From Podarcis liolepis (lineage: Eukaryota), in the NCBI GenBank assembly GCA_965112155.1, contig OZ218105.1: a DNA stretch of 64,000 bases; one strand, written 5' to 3'. Within the stretch, counting starts at the first letter, position 1; every line of letters starts with the position of its first letter. Shown one piece after another: positions 41,900 to 53,082 of this stretch. The notes under the pieces were generated by a model. The model was not told the origin of the DNA. It saw only the letters and a program-made list of their open reading frames with translations, and did not search any database. The position numbers and the translations under genes are program-made.

Positions 41900-42445
41900 C
41901 CCTGTGTCCATACCTCTTGTATGGCCCACTGTTGCTGCTGAGTATCTGTCCTATTTAGGGGGTTGTCTGAGAGCAACTGGAGGTCTGCCACTGAAGGCTT
42001 ATGTGTGGGAAGTGTCTGTCCTAGATGAACTGTAGATCATTGATGATAGGCTTGAGTGGCTTTGGCTTGGCTGTTGTGACATCAAGTGGTAGTTTGTCAT
42101 TTTCTGTTCTAGATCTGTTGTGTAGAAGATTGGTACCTAAGAACAGTTTGGCTTTGTTGATCTGATTTTTCACTTTGGGTGTCTGATGTGAATTATTTTT
42201 GTTGTGAGGCTCTGTCCAGTCCTATGAATCTGAATGGATGTTGTTGTATCATAGAGCTCAACTGTAAACAATGAACTCTTTAGTGTGCTCTGGGTGGAAG
42301 CTGGAAGCATGTAAGTACGAGTAACAGTCAGTAGGTTTCCTATATAAGGATGTGCTTATATGTCCATTAATAGTTGCACATTCATGTCCAGAAAGTGAAC
42401 CTCTTGCACAGTGTGTTCTAGACTCAGGTTGATGTTGAGGTAATG
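41900..42445 (-). mobile_element. Penelope-like element, degraded RT fragment
   Basis: Minus strand reads INLSLEHTVQEVHFLD, then after a frameshift GHISTSLYRKPTDCYSYLHASSFHPEHTKEFIVYS, a typical PLE RT thumb motif; stops and frameshifts present. Confidence 0.85.
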
Positions 42446-45400
42446 TCCTAGTGGAACTGCGCAAGTGATCCCTTACCATAAGTCCAGATAATAAAGCATG
42501 TCATTGAAATCTCAAATGGACTCTCATATTCCCTGGCTGACTTTGACAGCTATACCTGCAAAAACTACAGTGGCAAAGTCCTAAAGATGATATTTGAGGC
42601 AAAAGCATCCTCATGGACTCCTCCAGCTGTGATTTTCTCCAGATGTTTCTCCAGGAGCAGCTTCCTTATCCCCCTATTTAATCTGGTGGATCAGTATAGT
42701 TCCATTAGATTGAATGTGGGGTTTAGACTTGTTTCCCTGTGACAGGTGTGTGTTCAGCAACACATCCTGGCTTCTGTCCCTACAGCAGGAGATTGTCTAG
42801 AAGGTCATGATATAGGTTTTGGTTGTGTTCTCTCTCACGGTCAGAGAAGTGAACTAAGTGGGAAGGTGCTGTCTCTGCCCTCTCATCATGTAAAACTTGC
42901 TACTGCACTTAACTGGCAGGATCCTGTGCTCCTAATCTTCCAGAGATGGGGCAGCCAATGTGGTGCCCTTCAGATATTGCGGACAACTCCTACCACCCCT
43001 GTCCATTGGCTATGTTGGCTGGATCTGATGGAAGTTGCAGTCCACAACATCTGGAGGGTAGCTCTCTTTGGCTGTCTTTTTTCCAGAGCTTTCTAGAAAG
43101 TCTCACCAATAGTCTATGCAGGTGCATTCTCCTATATTCCAGCATACCCACTTTTCATTGCTCACACTAAAGCAAAGAAAGACTAATTTGTCAAATTACA
43201 TAACATATATTTTTTGATTAAAATCACTTCAGCTGATTTTAGGGTCTCTCTAAAAGGGTTCTTGGCATTGGTATGATCAGTAATAACTCTGGTAGCTTTT
43301 CAATCTAAGACTGATAATCAAACTTCAAGATTCAGGGCATAAATTCATTGCCTTTGGGGATCAGGAAAGAATTCCTTTTACTTTTCCCATGTAACTGCAT
43401 TGTAAAATTTAGCTAAGTTCATTGCAGACTTTTCACAAGCCACTGCAGGACCTGTAGCTGGACTAATATCCTGATCCACAAGAGTAATTTGATGTAATTT
43501 CTTTTACTAGAGATGGCAATATATTTCTCAGGACTAGATGTATATGAGGGGATGATTTCTTTTCTAAACTGAATTTTTAGTGCAATATTTTATCATGGAG
43601 GACTTTTTATAGCAATTAAATTTTACATTAATTAACTAGAGCTCTATGGCTCAAGTGTAATTTATTTAGTGGAAAAGAAGGATAAGGGAAACTTAAAATC
43701 TTTACTATTGGGAGTTTGCCCATAAAATACACATTTAATCTGAAGAATGAAGCAGGCTGACTGTTACATTTCTGCTCCTAACAGTGACACTATGTGGATG
43801 AAGTCAAGAATGCACATAGAGGATACATTTATGAGGAAACTTGTTTCTAAAGATAGCTGAGATGGAAAACAACCATTTATTCTCTTAGTCACACAGACAT
43901 AACCTCCATCAGATGAAGTTTTAAATAATCTGACTCAATTTGGATAGTTAAAACATATCTTTTTAATATAAAAAATAAGCATATGTCTCACATACATATT
44001 TCTCACAGGATAATAAAGTGTTTTATTCATAACCTTTTAAATTCACTTGGTATTAAGTAAAGCTTTCATACTGAAGGAGCAAATAAATGATTGACGCTGA
44101 TGTGTGCAAAGTAATGCATACACACATAACAAGAAGAGAACTTTGCATTTCTGAGAGAGAGCCTGAGTCACTGCGAATCCAAGAGCATTTTAACAGTACT
44201 CTTTATCTTTCAAGGAAGTGGGTCCCTGCATGTTCACATGCAAATCTTAAAGCTGCTATGCAGAAGTAACCAGTGGAACCTGCAATAAAATGTTGAGGTG
44301 TATCTTCCTTCCTAATAGGAGTGCTTCTGTTCAGGGTTCTAGCTAACTAGTGTCTCCAGTCAGGACATTCCACTCCTCCCCTATTCTGATATGTTCAATC
44401 CTCAAATCCTCATTGAGCTGGAGAGTGCTTTTTTGTATGAGGATTGCTTGTCTTAAGTTGTCTTTTTTAAAGACTTCTTGTGCTTCTGCAAACTTTCAGG
44501 GCTTTCCCACAGCATGCTGAGATTTCTCTTGTGTTTCTCAGTGGCCTCACGTTGGCCGTGATCCTGATAGTGCTCATCGCCTCAACATCCTGTTAAAAAG
44601 GAAAGATATACTACATTTGCTAGAAAACATATTTGGACTAAAAATGGACTTTGTTGCAAGGCTCAAAGGTGCTTTCATGGTTGTGTGGGAAATGAAGTGT
44701 CTCCTATGTTTTTAGAAATAGATCGTTCAGGAGTACTGTACTAAAAATGACTTGAAAGCACAGCATGGTAAGACAGTCTCCATAAATACTGGTTCCTTGC
44801 CCTGGAACTAAGGAGATGTTCAAAACTTTGTTGAGAGTTAGCCAGATAAACCTTTGTTGGATGGCAAGAATGTAATACAAGGAAAGTTGTTCTATTTGCA
44901 GTAGTGCAGAAAAAAGGGAAAAAATGATAATTGAAGAAAAAAATCTGATGATGTGGTTCTCTTAGTAAATTGGGAACAATGACCCATGAAGGACTATAAA
45001 GAAAGTGAATGTCAAGATAATTTATTATTGTTACATTATCTATCTTTCCCCTCCCCCCCCCTTTTTTTTACTTTATCTTACTGAGTTGCTGTTATCCTTC
45101 CATGGAACCAAATATCCTAAACATTAATGAGTTCTTGCTTAAATCTTCACTGCCAATAAAATTGCTTTTAAGTTAAACTTCTGCTTCACCAAGTGATTGT
45201 GTGGTAATTGACAACACTACATAAATTGTTCTTCTGAAAGACTACACACAGAATGCTCAGAGGGAATCGTTTCACAGTCCAGTCACAAACCCCAGTTCAC
45301 CAATAGGCCACTGGACACACTGAGGTCAACATGAGCAGGAGCGCCCGAGTTCTCTTCAGCATCTTGTGTATGGAGCATTTGCAGTAAAAAGAATGAACCA

Positions 45401-45834
45401 GACATTTCATGTGAATGTCTTTGTGTGTGCATGCCCTGGAACCCCCTGTATAGGTGTGAACTGACTTGAACCAATGCAACAAGTATTCCAAGCAGTTGCT
45501 TGAGGCAGAACAATTCTAGACCTAATCATTTAGTACATCTAGTAAGGGGAGCAATATAGTGGGTGAACATTGGAATGCACTCCAGAATCCTGCAGATCCT
45601 CTAATCAGGCATACTAGGAGAAGTGTGCCTCATGAACCCTTGTGATATCACAGAGGATGCTGGTTCACAATAGCCTTCAATCAAGCACCACCTAGACCTT
45701 TTTAAGTGTCCACTTTCCAAAGCTGAACTGCCAGGACTAACAAATGTTGTTGCCCAAGCAACTTATATGTAAGATAAACTCCCAAAATACCTGCAAAACA
45801 CCCTACATCCTTTCTCTGTCTCCTTTCTGCACAC

Positions 45835-45970
45835 ACCATCCTTGCTTGCATTTTTTTTGAAATCAATAAGCCCCAATTCTTAACTTTCCTTTGTAGAAAA
45901 GTTGCTCCAGCTCCTTGGTCATTTTGGTTGCCTTTTTGGTACATTTTCCAACTCCACACTATCTTTTTTT
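45835..45970 (-). mobile_element. CR1 LINE ORF2 fragment
   Basis: Degenerate match to CR1 'VELEKVQKRATKMIKGLEQL..RLK.LGLFSL' (gagttggaaaatgtaccaaaaaggcaaccaaaatgaccaaggagctggagcaac on the minus strand). Confidence 0.75.
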
Positions 45971-46311
45971 GTATTCCATATGTAGCTGCTCCATAAAATC
46001 ATTATGATGTTGGCATTTTGATTTTTCCTAATGATTCCTTTTTTGGAAATAAGAAATTGCAATGGATAATCCAGAAATCATTACAAGTGAATAGTTTTGG
46101 AAATTTTGGGTGATACTTTGGGGTGGGGAGGTGGGGAGTGGTCCGAGTTGGGAGTGCACTGCAACCTTTTTGGGGAAAGTCACCCATATTCTCAGGGATA
46201 AATAAGTGGGGGGATTCATGTTAGAATAGCAGGTGATAAGTTCTGTAAGACAGAATGATGGAATTAATTCTAGTCGCTAGAAACTAACTGCTCTGTTTGT
46301 TTTTTCTCTAG

Positions 46312-46502
46312 GAGAGCCAGTTTTTATGCCTGTCGGCTTGACAAAAACTTGTATGTGATAGGTGGGAGAAATGAGACTGGCTACTTGTCAAGTGTGGAAT
46401 GCTATAATTTAGAGACAAATGAATGGCGTTATGTATCTTCCCTACCACAGCCCTTGGCGGCACATGCAGGAGCTGTACATAATGGCAAAATCTATATTTC
46501 TG
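46312..46502 (+). CDS. KLHL14: KLHL14 coding exon ending at a GC donor
   Basis: tctctag| ... |gcaagt. Encodes (R)RASFYACRLDKNLYVIGGRNETGYLSSVECYNLETNEWRYVSSLPQPLAAHAGAVHNGKIYIS(G); 191 nt. Confidence 0.94.
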
Positions 46503-46604
46503 GCAAGTTGTTTTCTAAACTCCCCTTCATCGCAAAACAAAACCCAGTTATTCTTTTAAGGTGGGGTGCTTCCTTTAACTAATGAAGGTATATTTGATTT
46601 GTAG

Positions 46605-46763
46605 GAGGTGTCCACAATGGTGAATACGTTCCCTGGCTGTACTGCTATGACCCTGTAATGGATGTCTGGGCTAGAAAACAAGATATGAACACAAAGAGAG
46701 CAATCCATGCATTGGCTGTAATGAATGATCGACTGTATGCAATCGGAGGAAATCATTTGAAAG
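46605..46763 (+). CDS. KLHL14: KLHL14 coding exon
   Basis: ttgtag| ... |gtcaca. Encodes (G)GVHNGEYVPWLYCYDPVMDVWARKQDMNTKRAIHALAVMNDRLYAIGGNHLK(G); 159 nt. Confidence 0.94.
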
Positions 46764-46888
46764 GTCACATTTTTAATAGCAAAACAATGTAATATTCTGT
46801 CTTTTGATAAACACTATTTTTGCTAGGTTAGTTAACTAAGTTTAAAACCCTGCCACACAATTTAGCATGATCCTTGAGCCAGCATCTT

Positions 46889-46909
46889 TGTGTGTGTGTG
46901 TGTGTGTGT
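46889..46909. repeat. (TG)n microsatellite
   Basis: Read directly. Confidence 0.95.
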
Positions 46910-47601
46910 ATCTCACTACATTAAATAAATGAGTAATGAATGCTTTAGATAATACAAAAATGGGAACTTCCATTACTCAGAAGCATGGATGATTTGTCAT
47001 CACCGTAAATTCACTGTAACAAACAGATTATTTCTGACCCAAATTGCCAACAGTATTTCCCTCTGTAAATCGTTTCCCAAGCTGGAGAAGAAGCTGTGCT
47101 AAGGCTCTGCAAAGAAACAAGTCCTTAATTTTAGGGGTAATATTTAACAACATTTAAAATCCCACACTCATCTCAAAAATTGTCTACGAAATTTATTTCT
47201 AAAAATCATTATTTGCATTCATCTTACTAGGGGCTACACCCCTGCTTGCTCCACTTGCCAACACCCCTGACCTCCCCCCATTAACCCTCTACAGCTTCCC
47301 TTTCCTACTCTATGTAACTACTAAGCTCACTATTCATCTTCCCAACCCATTTCTGAAGCCTCTGTCCTGTTCTGCAACCCTGCCTTGCACCTTTTTTCAC
47401 CTTCACCCCTATGTCTATTCCTCCTCCTCCTCGCCCTTTCATGTAACCTTGCACAAACGACCACCAGGGTAATCTCCTGCACCTTCCTCCTCCCACACCT
47501 TATAACTGCTAAGCACCTTTTTCACCTTCACCCCCCTTTCTTCTCCCCCCTCTTCTTCTCATTTCTCCCTTCCACACAGATAATCCCCATTTCCATGCCT
47601 T

Positions 47602-47849
47602 AAAAGGGACCCCTGACCATTTGGTCCAGTCATGGATGACTCTGGGGTTGCGGCGCTCATCTCGCTTTATTGGCCGAGGGAGCCGGCTTACAGCTTCCGG
47701 GTCATGTGGCTAGCATGACTAAGCCGCTGCTGGCGAACCAGAGCAGCACACGGAAACACCATTTCCCTTCCCAATGGAGCAGTACCTATTTATCTACTTG
47801 CACTTCATGCTTTTGAACTGCTAGGTTGGCAGGAGCAGGGGCTGAGCAA
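47602..47849 (-). mobile_element. 5'-truncated Sauria SINE
   Basis: Same core (gtacctatttatctacttgcac, ttccgggtca, ctgctagg) as 51843-52205; lacks the tRNA head; different 3' segment. Confidence 0.88.
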
Positions 47850-47951
47850 TCCTCTCTTAAATTCTGCATCTCCCTTTGTACACCATTATCACCTTTCATC
47901 CCCATTCCTACCAGCTCATTTCTCCTTTTTCAACTCTCCCTTGTATACAGG

Positions 47952-47952
<1 letters not shown>

Positions 47953-47996
<44 letters not shown>
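47953..47996. repeat. (CA)n microsatellite
   Basis: About 22 units, read directly. Confidence 0.97.
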
Positions 47997-47997
<1 letters not shown>

Positions 47998-49222
47998 TTC
48001 TATCCCTCCTGCTCTCTCCTTTTCAGCAGCCCTCTTTGTGCTAACATGCTATGATGGTGTATGTTACTGTATCTTTAAGATGACAGAATCTTAAGAACAT
48101 GACTGTCAAGTGAGCTTGTTCAGTTAGAGAAGGTTAAGTTCAATTGATGGATGTTGTACATATATGGGTGTTTGGGGTTTTTTTGTTAATAAATTATCTC
48201 TTCTAAATTGCTACTTTGAATCTGGAACAAAGAGAGGCAATACATGATGCCATAAGTGAAATACATTGTGTGAAGGTTGTTATAGGATATTTGATGGCTA
48301 CACATCCTTTATCTCTCACACATGGAAGGAGAAGCTTGTGTACAATGAGAAGAGAGAAAAGAGAAAATATGCATGTTTTAAACAATGGAAGAAGTTTGAG
48401 TAAAGCAAGGGTGGAGAGACCCTGAGAAGAAAAAATTCAGTTTTAAACAATAGCAGAGGCTTGAGTTAAGCAGGGATGGAGAACACTGAGAGTTTTTTGT
48501 TTTAGTTTTTACAAACAGCTTTAACAAGGAGAAATGGAGATAGGTATAACACAGAAGCTATAGAGCCTTTCCCACCTCCCTTCTCACTGTACTTAAATCT
48601 TCTTTTAAGCTGCTACTTTCCCCTCTCAGTATCACCCTCTGATCTTCTCAAATTTCTGCCATTGTTTAAAATGGCCACTTTCCCCCTCTCATTATTTCTC
48701 CATTCTTGCTTTACTCATATGTCTACTATTGTCTAAAATACACACCTTTCTTCCCTTTCATTGTTTCTCCCTTATCTCTGTACTCTAATTTCTCCTTCTT
48801 CCATTCTTCAGCTGCCTTGTGTGAGAGAGATAAAGGGCAGGGGGTGCTCAAATATTCCATAGTACCTTCACATTTCAGTCCTGGTATTTCACTCCTGGTA
48901 TCATGAAGTAGAAAAAACATTCTAATCTCATATATCAGTAACTCCCCGTGAATGTTCTTTGGCAACTAATGGCAGCCAATATGTTGTTTATTATTAAGGA
49001 AAAAAGCAAATGTTAGCTCAATGCTGAAGGTTGTGATGAAGATGACAAAAGGAAAGTATTTCACTTTCTTACTTTAAGAGGTTTTCTCCTGTTCTTTACA
49101 ATTTAGTCTTTAATGATGAACTTACTAAGGTGGGCGAAGCTTTTTATGTCATTGATGAAGTACCATGTGCTCATTCTCTTAAAATAAGTGGTTTCACATT
49201 ATTTGATAATTGTGTTGTACAG

Positions 49223-49380
49223 GTTTTTCGCATCTTGATGTCATGCTCGTGGAATGCTATGACCCAAAAGGTGATCAATGGAATATTTTGCAAACTCCTA
49301 TTTTAGAGGGTCGCAGTGGTCCTGGCTGTGCAGTTCTTGATGACAGCATTTACCTTGTAGGAGGCTACAGCTGGAGTATG
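49223..49380 (+). CDS. KLHL14: KLHL14 coding exon
   Basis: gtacag| ... |gtatgt. Encodes (G)FSHLDVMLVECYDPKGDQWNILQTPILEGRSGPGCAVLDDSIYLVGGYSWSM; 158 nt. Confidence 0.96.
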
Positions 49381-49566
49381 GTATGTATCCCTTGTCCGTA
49401 CATGGATCTCTCAGTTATCATTTGAGAGCATGCTGCAACCATTCTGCGGGAATGATACATATCTAAATAAATTGCTGTCAGAATCTTTGATGTATGGAAA
49501 ATATCTGGCTGATTTATAACCTGCTTTGCAAAATCAGTAGTCATTATTTCTTTTTAAGCTATTAAC

Positions 49567-50390
49567 ATCAATCAATCAATCAATCTCCTTTACTGGCTTA
49601 AAAAAGTGCATCGTATACATGGATCAGAACACAACACAGTTAATAAAATACAGTAGGAGATACTTTAGGATAAAACTGTCCAGATATCATGAGGTACAAA
49701 GATAGCTCTTAGGACCCATGGTGACATAATTTCATAGTGTCACTCAAAATTCTTGCCACATTCTCCACAATGCCATTACTACAATTGTTCAGCAGATAAG
49801 GCATCATGGAAGTGTCAGTGCGATAAATCCCCTCCTTCAATACTTATCATTTATTTTTTTTTTTTGCATAAAATGGGCAGTAAAATAAAACATGTGCGAT
49901 GGATTCGACATATTTTGTACCACAAGGGCAGTATATTTCAGAGTATGGGATTTTTGAGAATCTACTTTGCAAAACTGCAGGTGGTAAGATGTTAAATCTT
50001 GTGAGGGAATATGGAGTGTCTTGGCCAAATGAGGGTAGTATTCCCAACCCCAATGGGGAACAGGTTTTGTTGGCTGCACTGCAAAGGGTTTGAAATTCAG
50101 TCTCTATAACGGTAATTCTTCACTTGATTGTCTGGAATGCTTCCAGTTGTGGGAGCACAAGTAGTGACTCAAGTGATAGGCCATAGGTTCCCATTTTGCT
50201 CTCAATGCAAGCTAGCCTTTTGGAGTGGCGGGCTTATGCCAGCATGTGGAAAGTGAAAGAAGCTGGATCGGACATGAAATGTAGCCAGAGTCAGAATTTT
50301 ATAGTGGTGAGCCACGCTTTGGTTTCCAGCAGCCTTTGTCCAGTTTCCAGACACATGGCTGCAAAGCTATTTACGTGAGAATGAAATTCT
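49567..50390 (-). mobile_element. RTE-X-like non-LTR retrotransposon, 3' fragment
   Basis: Minus strand: AAMCLETGQRLLETKAW ... AANKTCSPLGLGI ... RFNILP ... CPCG..ESIAHVLFYCPFY (C-terminal CCHC knuckle); (GATT)n tail near 49567-49584. Clade assignment by recall. Confidence 0.72.
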
Positions 50391-51052
50391 GAATTGAGGG
50401 GTGATATTCTAACCATGCCAAGTTGTATGTGCAGAATATGCAAACAATCTATGCCACAGTTATTTATTGCCTTGGTGAATTTGTCCTTTATTCCAGATGT
50501 GAACTTTATAATCAAGCAGTTTTATTGCTTTGAGAGGAAAGAGACTAAGTATATCCCCAAAAGCATGGGGAGAAGAGATGATGTGGGGGAATCTGGCTAT
50601 TCTTGGGTGCTATTATCCAGGCTGGTGACAGAGATTGGTTTTTACCAAGCCCCTGGCACTCTGTCATGATGCATTGCAACTCCTGAGAAGGAGGAGCAGC
50701 AGAAGCAGCAGCTATTGCCTCCTGCATTCTCTCTCTGAGTCTCTCACAAAGAGAAAGCAGGGTTGCTGACTAGATTATCTGTTATCACTTCCAGCATCCT
50801 GCCGAACCCCCCAATTGACTGTCAGGAGCTCAAGCTCCCACTACCTTGCACTTGGCTCACCCAAAGCCCTACTTTCGAGATGACTCTACTATAGTTTTTT
50901 TGAAGTTATGACTAAATCAAGGCAGTGTGTGTGCATATTAGTTGTAAAGGTTGCAGAGCAACCAAGGACCAGTTGTTTTCTAGTTGAAGCTGTTCAAATT
51001 TTGCTTGGATGTCATTTATCTGCTACCTCAGCAACACTATGTTGTGTTACAG

Positions 51053-51193
51053 GGAGCCTACAAATCTTCTACCATTTGCTACAGTCCTGAGAACGGAACC
51101 TGGACAGAGCTGGAAGGAGATGTAGCTGAGCCCCTGGCAGGTCCTGCTTGCTCCACTGTCATACTACCTGCGTGTGTGCCGTACAATAAATAA
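51053..51193 (+). CDS. KLHL14: KLHL14 last coding exon
   Basis: ttacag| then GAYKSSTICYSPENGTWTELEGDVAEPLAGPACSTVILPACVPYNK*, matching the recalled KLHL14 C-terminus (...CVPYNK). TAA at 51191-51193. Confidence 0.96.
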   Translation, partial: GAYKSSTICYSPENGTWTELEGDVAEPLAGPACSTVILPACVPYNK

Positions 51194-51842
51194 CATACAG
51201 GAAGTACTGAAATGAACACTGTTAAATGATGGGTGACTTAACTATTTTAAGGGACAGAATTCCTGGTACTACATACAACAAGACCCTATCCCCAATACCT
51301 GCATTTATGATTTTAAAAAAGGACTAAGTATAGTTCCCACCTCAGACAGAGCTTGAAAGCACATGTTAACAGATGACCATTTCAGACTGATCCTCACGTT
51401 TCTCTGCTATAAACCCTCATATCAATTCTAAATTTAAAGAGAAGAATTCTAAAGATCCAAACACTGCCTGAACGAACAAAATTACTATTGTGCGTTGTAT
51501 TTTACCTGCATGGGATCTGTGTTGAAGTCATGGTGATGTTGCTCACAATTAATTCAAAACTGAGGTGCCCAAATGCATTGAACTGCAGAATTGCTTCCCC
51601 ATTTTAACCCTAATCTGTGGCTGCTGACATGTTCTGCAAGTAACGCAACTTAAGAAGGCAGATCATAACAGAGAATGCTTCTGTTCTGAACAGTTTGGCC
51701 CCTCATATAGTCTGCTCTGAAATCCCCATGCCTAAGTGTAGAAAAAAAGTGGAAGTTTTTCAGATGTATCACAATTGAGGTTTTAGGACTGGTGCCAATC
51801 TTTGATTTTATTTGCACTAGTGTAAATCCAGAGTAATCCATA

Positions 51843-52205
51843 AAAGGTAAAGGTACCCCTGCCCGTAGGGCCAGTCTTGACAGACTCTAGGGTTGTGCAC
51901 TCATCTCACTCTAGAGGCCGGGAGCCAGCGCTGTCCGCAGACACTTCCGGGTCACATGGCCAGCGTGACAAAGCTGCTCTGGCGAGCCAGCACCAGCGCA
52001 GCACACGGAAACGCCGTTTACCTTCCCGCTATAAAGCAGTACCTATTTATCTACTTGCACTTAAGGGTGCTTTCGAACTGCTAGGTGGGCAGGAGCTGGG
52101 ACCAAACGACGGGAGCTCACCCCACCGCGAGGATTCGAACCGCCGACCATGTGATCGGCAAGTCCTAGGCGCTGAGGTTTTACCCACAGCGCCACCCATG
52201 TCCCT
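51843..52205 (-). mobile_element. Full-length Sauria SINE (Squam1 type)
   Basis: Minus-strand tRNA-like head (gggacatgggtggcgctgtggg...ggttcgaatcc), core aagtgcaagtagataaataggtac, (ACCTTT)n tail; 13-bp TSD agagtaatccata (51830-51842, 52206-52218). Confidence 0.93.
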
Positions 52206-52861
52206 AGAGTAATCCATAGAACCTCATTTTATTATTCTGTATATTATTTTGTATTGTTCTGATTTAAACATTCTGGCCTATACAAGTAATTCTTGTTTTT
52301 TTAAGATTTAAGTTATTCCTCAAATTAATTCATAAATTTCAGATACAAATTAACAAATATTTGAGTCATTTTGACTAATAGATTTGTTATTTCCCCCCTA
52401 TTTAACACCAAAGAACAAATTCTTTCTTAAAACGTGGATTATGTGGTATCACATATCATTGGCAAGTAGCTGTAATTCCTTAATCTGATCTACACTGAAA
52501 TATTTATAAACTAGCTTTGTACCTGTGGTGAAAAGAAATATGGGCATAGAACTAACAGGTATAAAGTTTAGTTAAGCTCAACTCAATTCTAATAGGCAGT
52601 GCAACTGAGGCAATTTTGAGCCCAGAATGGGAGGGGTGTTGAGGATAAACATGCATTTGTGACCTTACAAGGAGAAATGTAGGTGGGAGAGGTTTGGAGC
52701 AGAGAAGCAGTGGGCGCAGGAACAGTTAGTATGCCTCCCAATCTATAAATTACACTCTCTAGAAGCTGCTGATTCTTTTAAATTAAAAAGGGCCATCAGG
52801 GTTTAATGACACTAATGTTTAACATCAAGTTAGACCCTATATGTTTTCTTCTACTTTAATG

Positions 52862-53082
52862 CATTGGTACCCCGGAACTCAAACGGCTCCGTTCTCGAAC
52901 ATTTCGGCTCCTGAATGCCAACAAACCAGAAGTAAGTGCTCCGGTTTTCGAACATTCCTCGGAACACGAATGTCCAAAAACCTAGCTGTTGGCCAATCGG
53001 AAGCCGTGCCTCAGAACTCAAACGTTTTGGAAGTTGAATGGTCTTCCAGAACAGATTCCGTTTGAGTTCCAAGGTACCACTG
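52862..53082. mobile_element. Tc1/mariner (Tigger/pogo-like) MITE in probable 3' UTR
   Basis: 25-bp TIRs cattggtaccccggaactcaaacgg / ccgtttgagttccaaggtaccactg; TA on the right flank. Confidence 0.82.

Noticed and set aside
46568-46582. U12-type branch point (ttcctttaac) in the GC-AG intron
   Set aside because: Imperfect match to TCCTTAAC, and the donor is GCAAGT (U2-type), not RTATCCTT.
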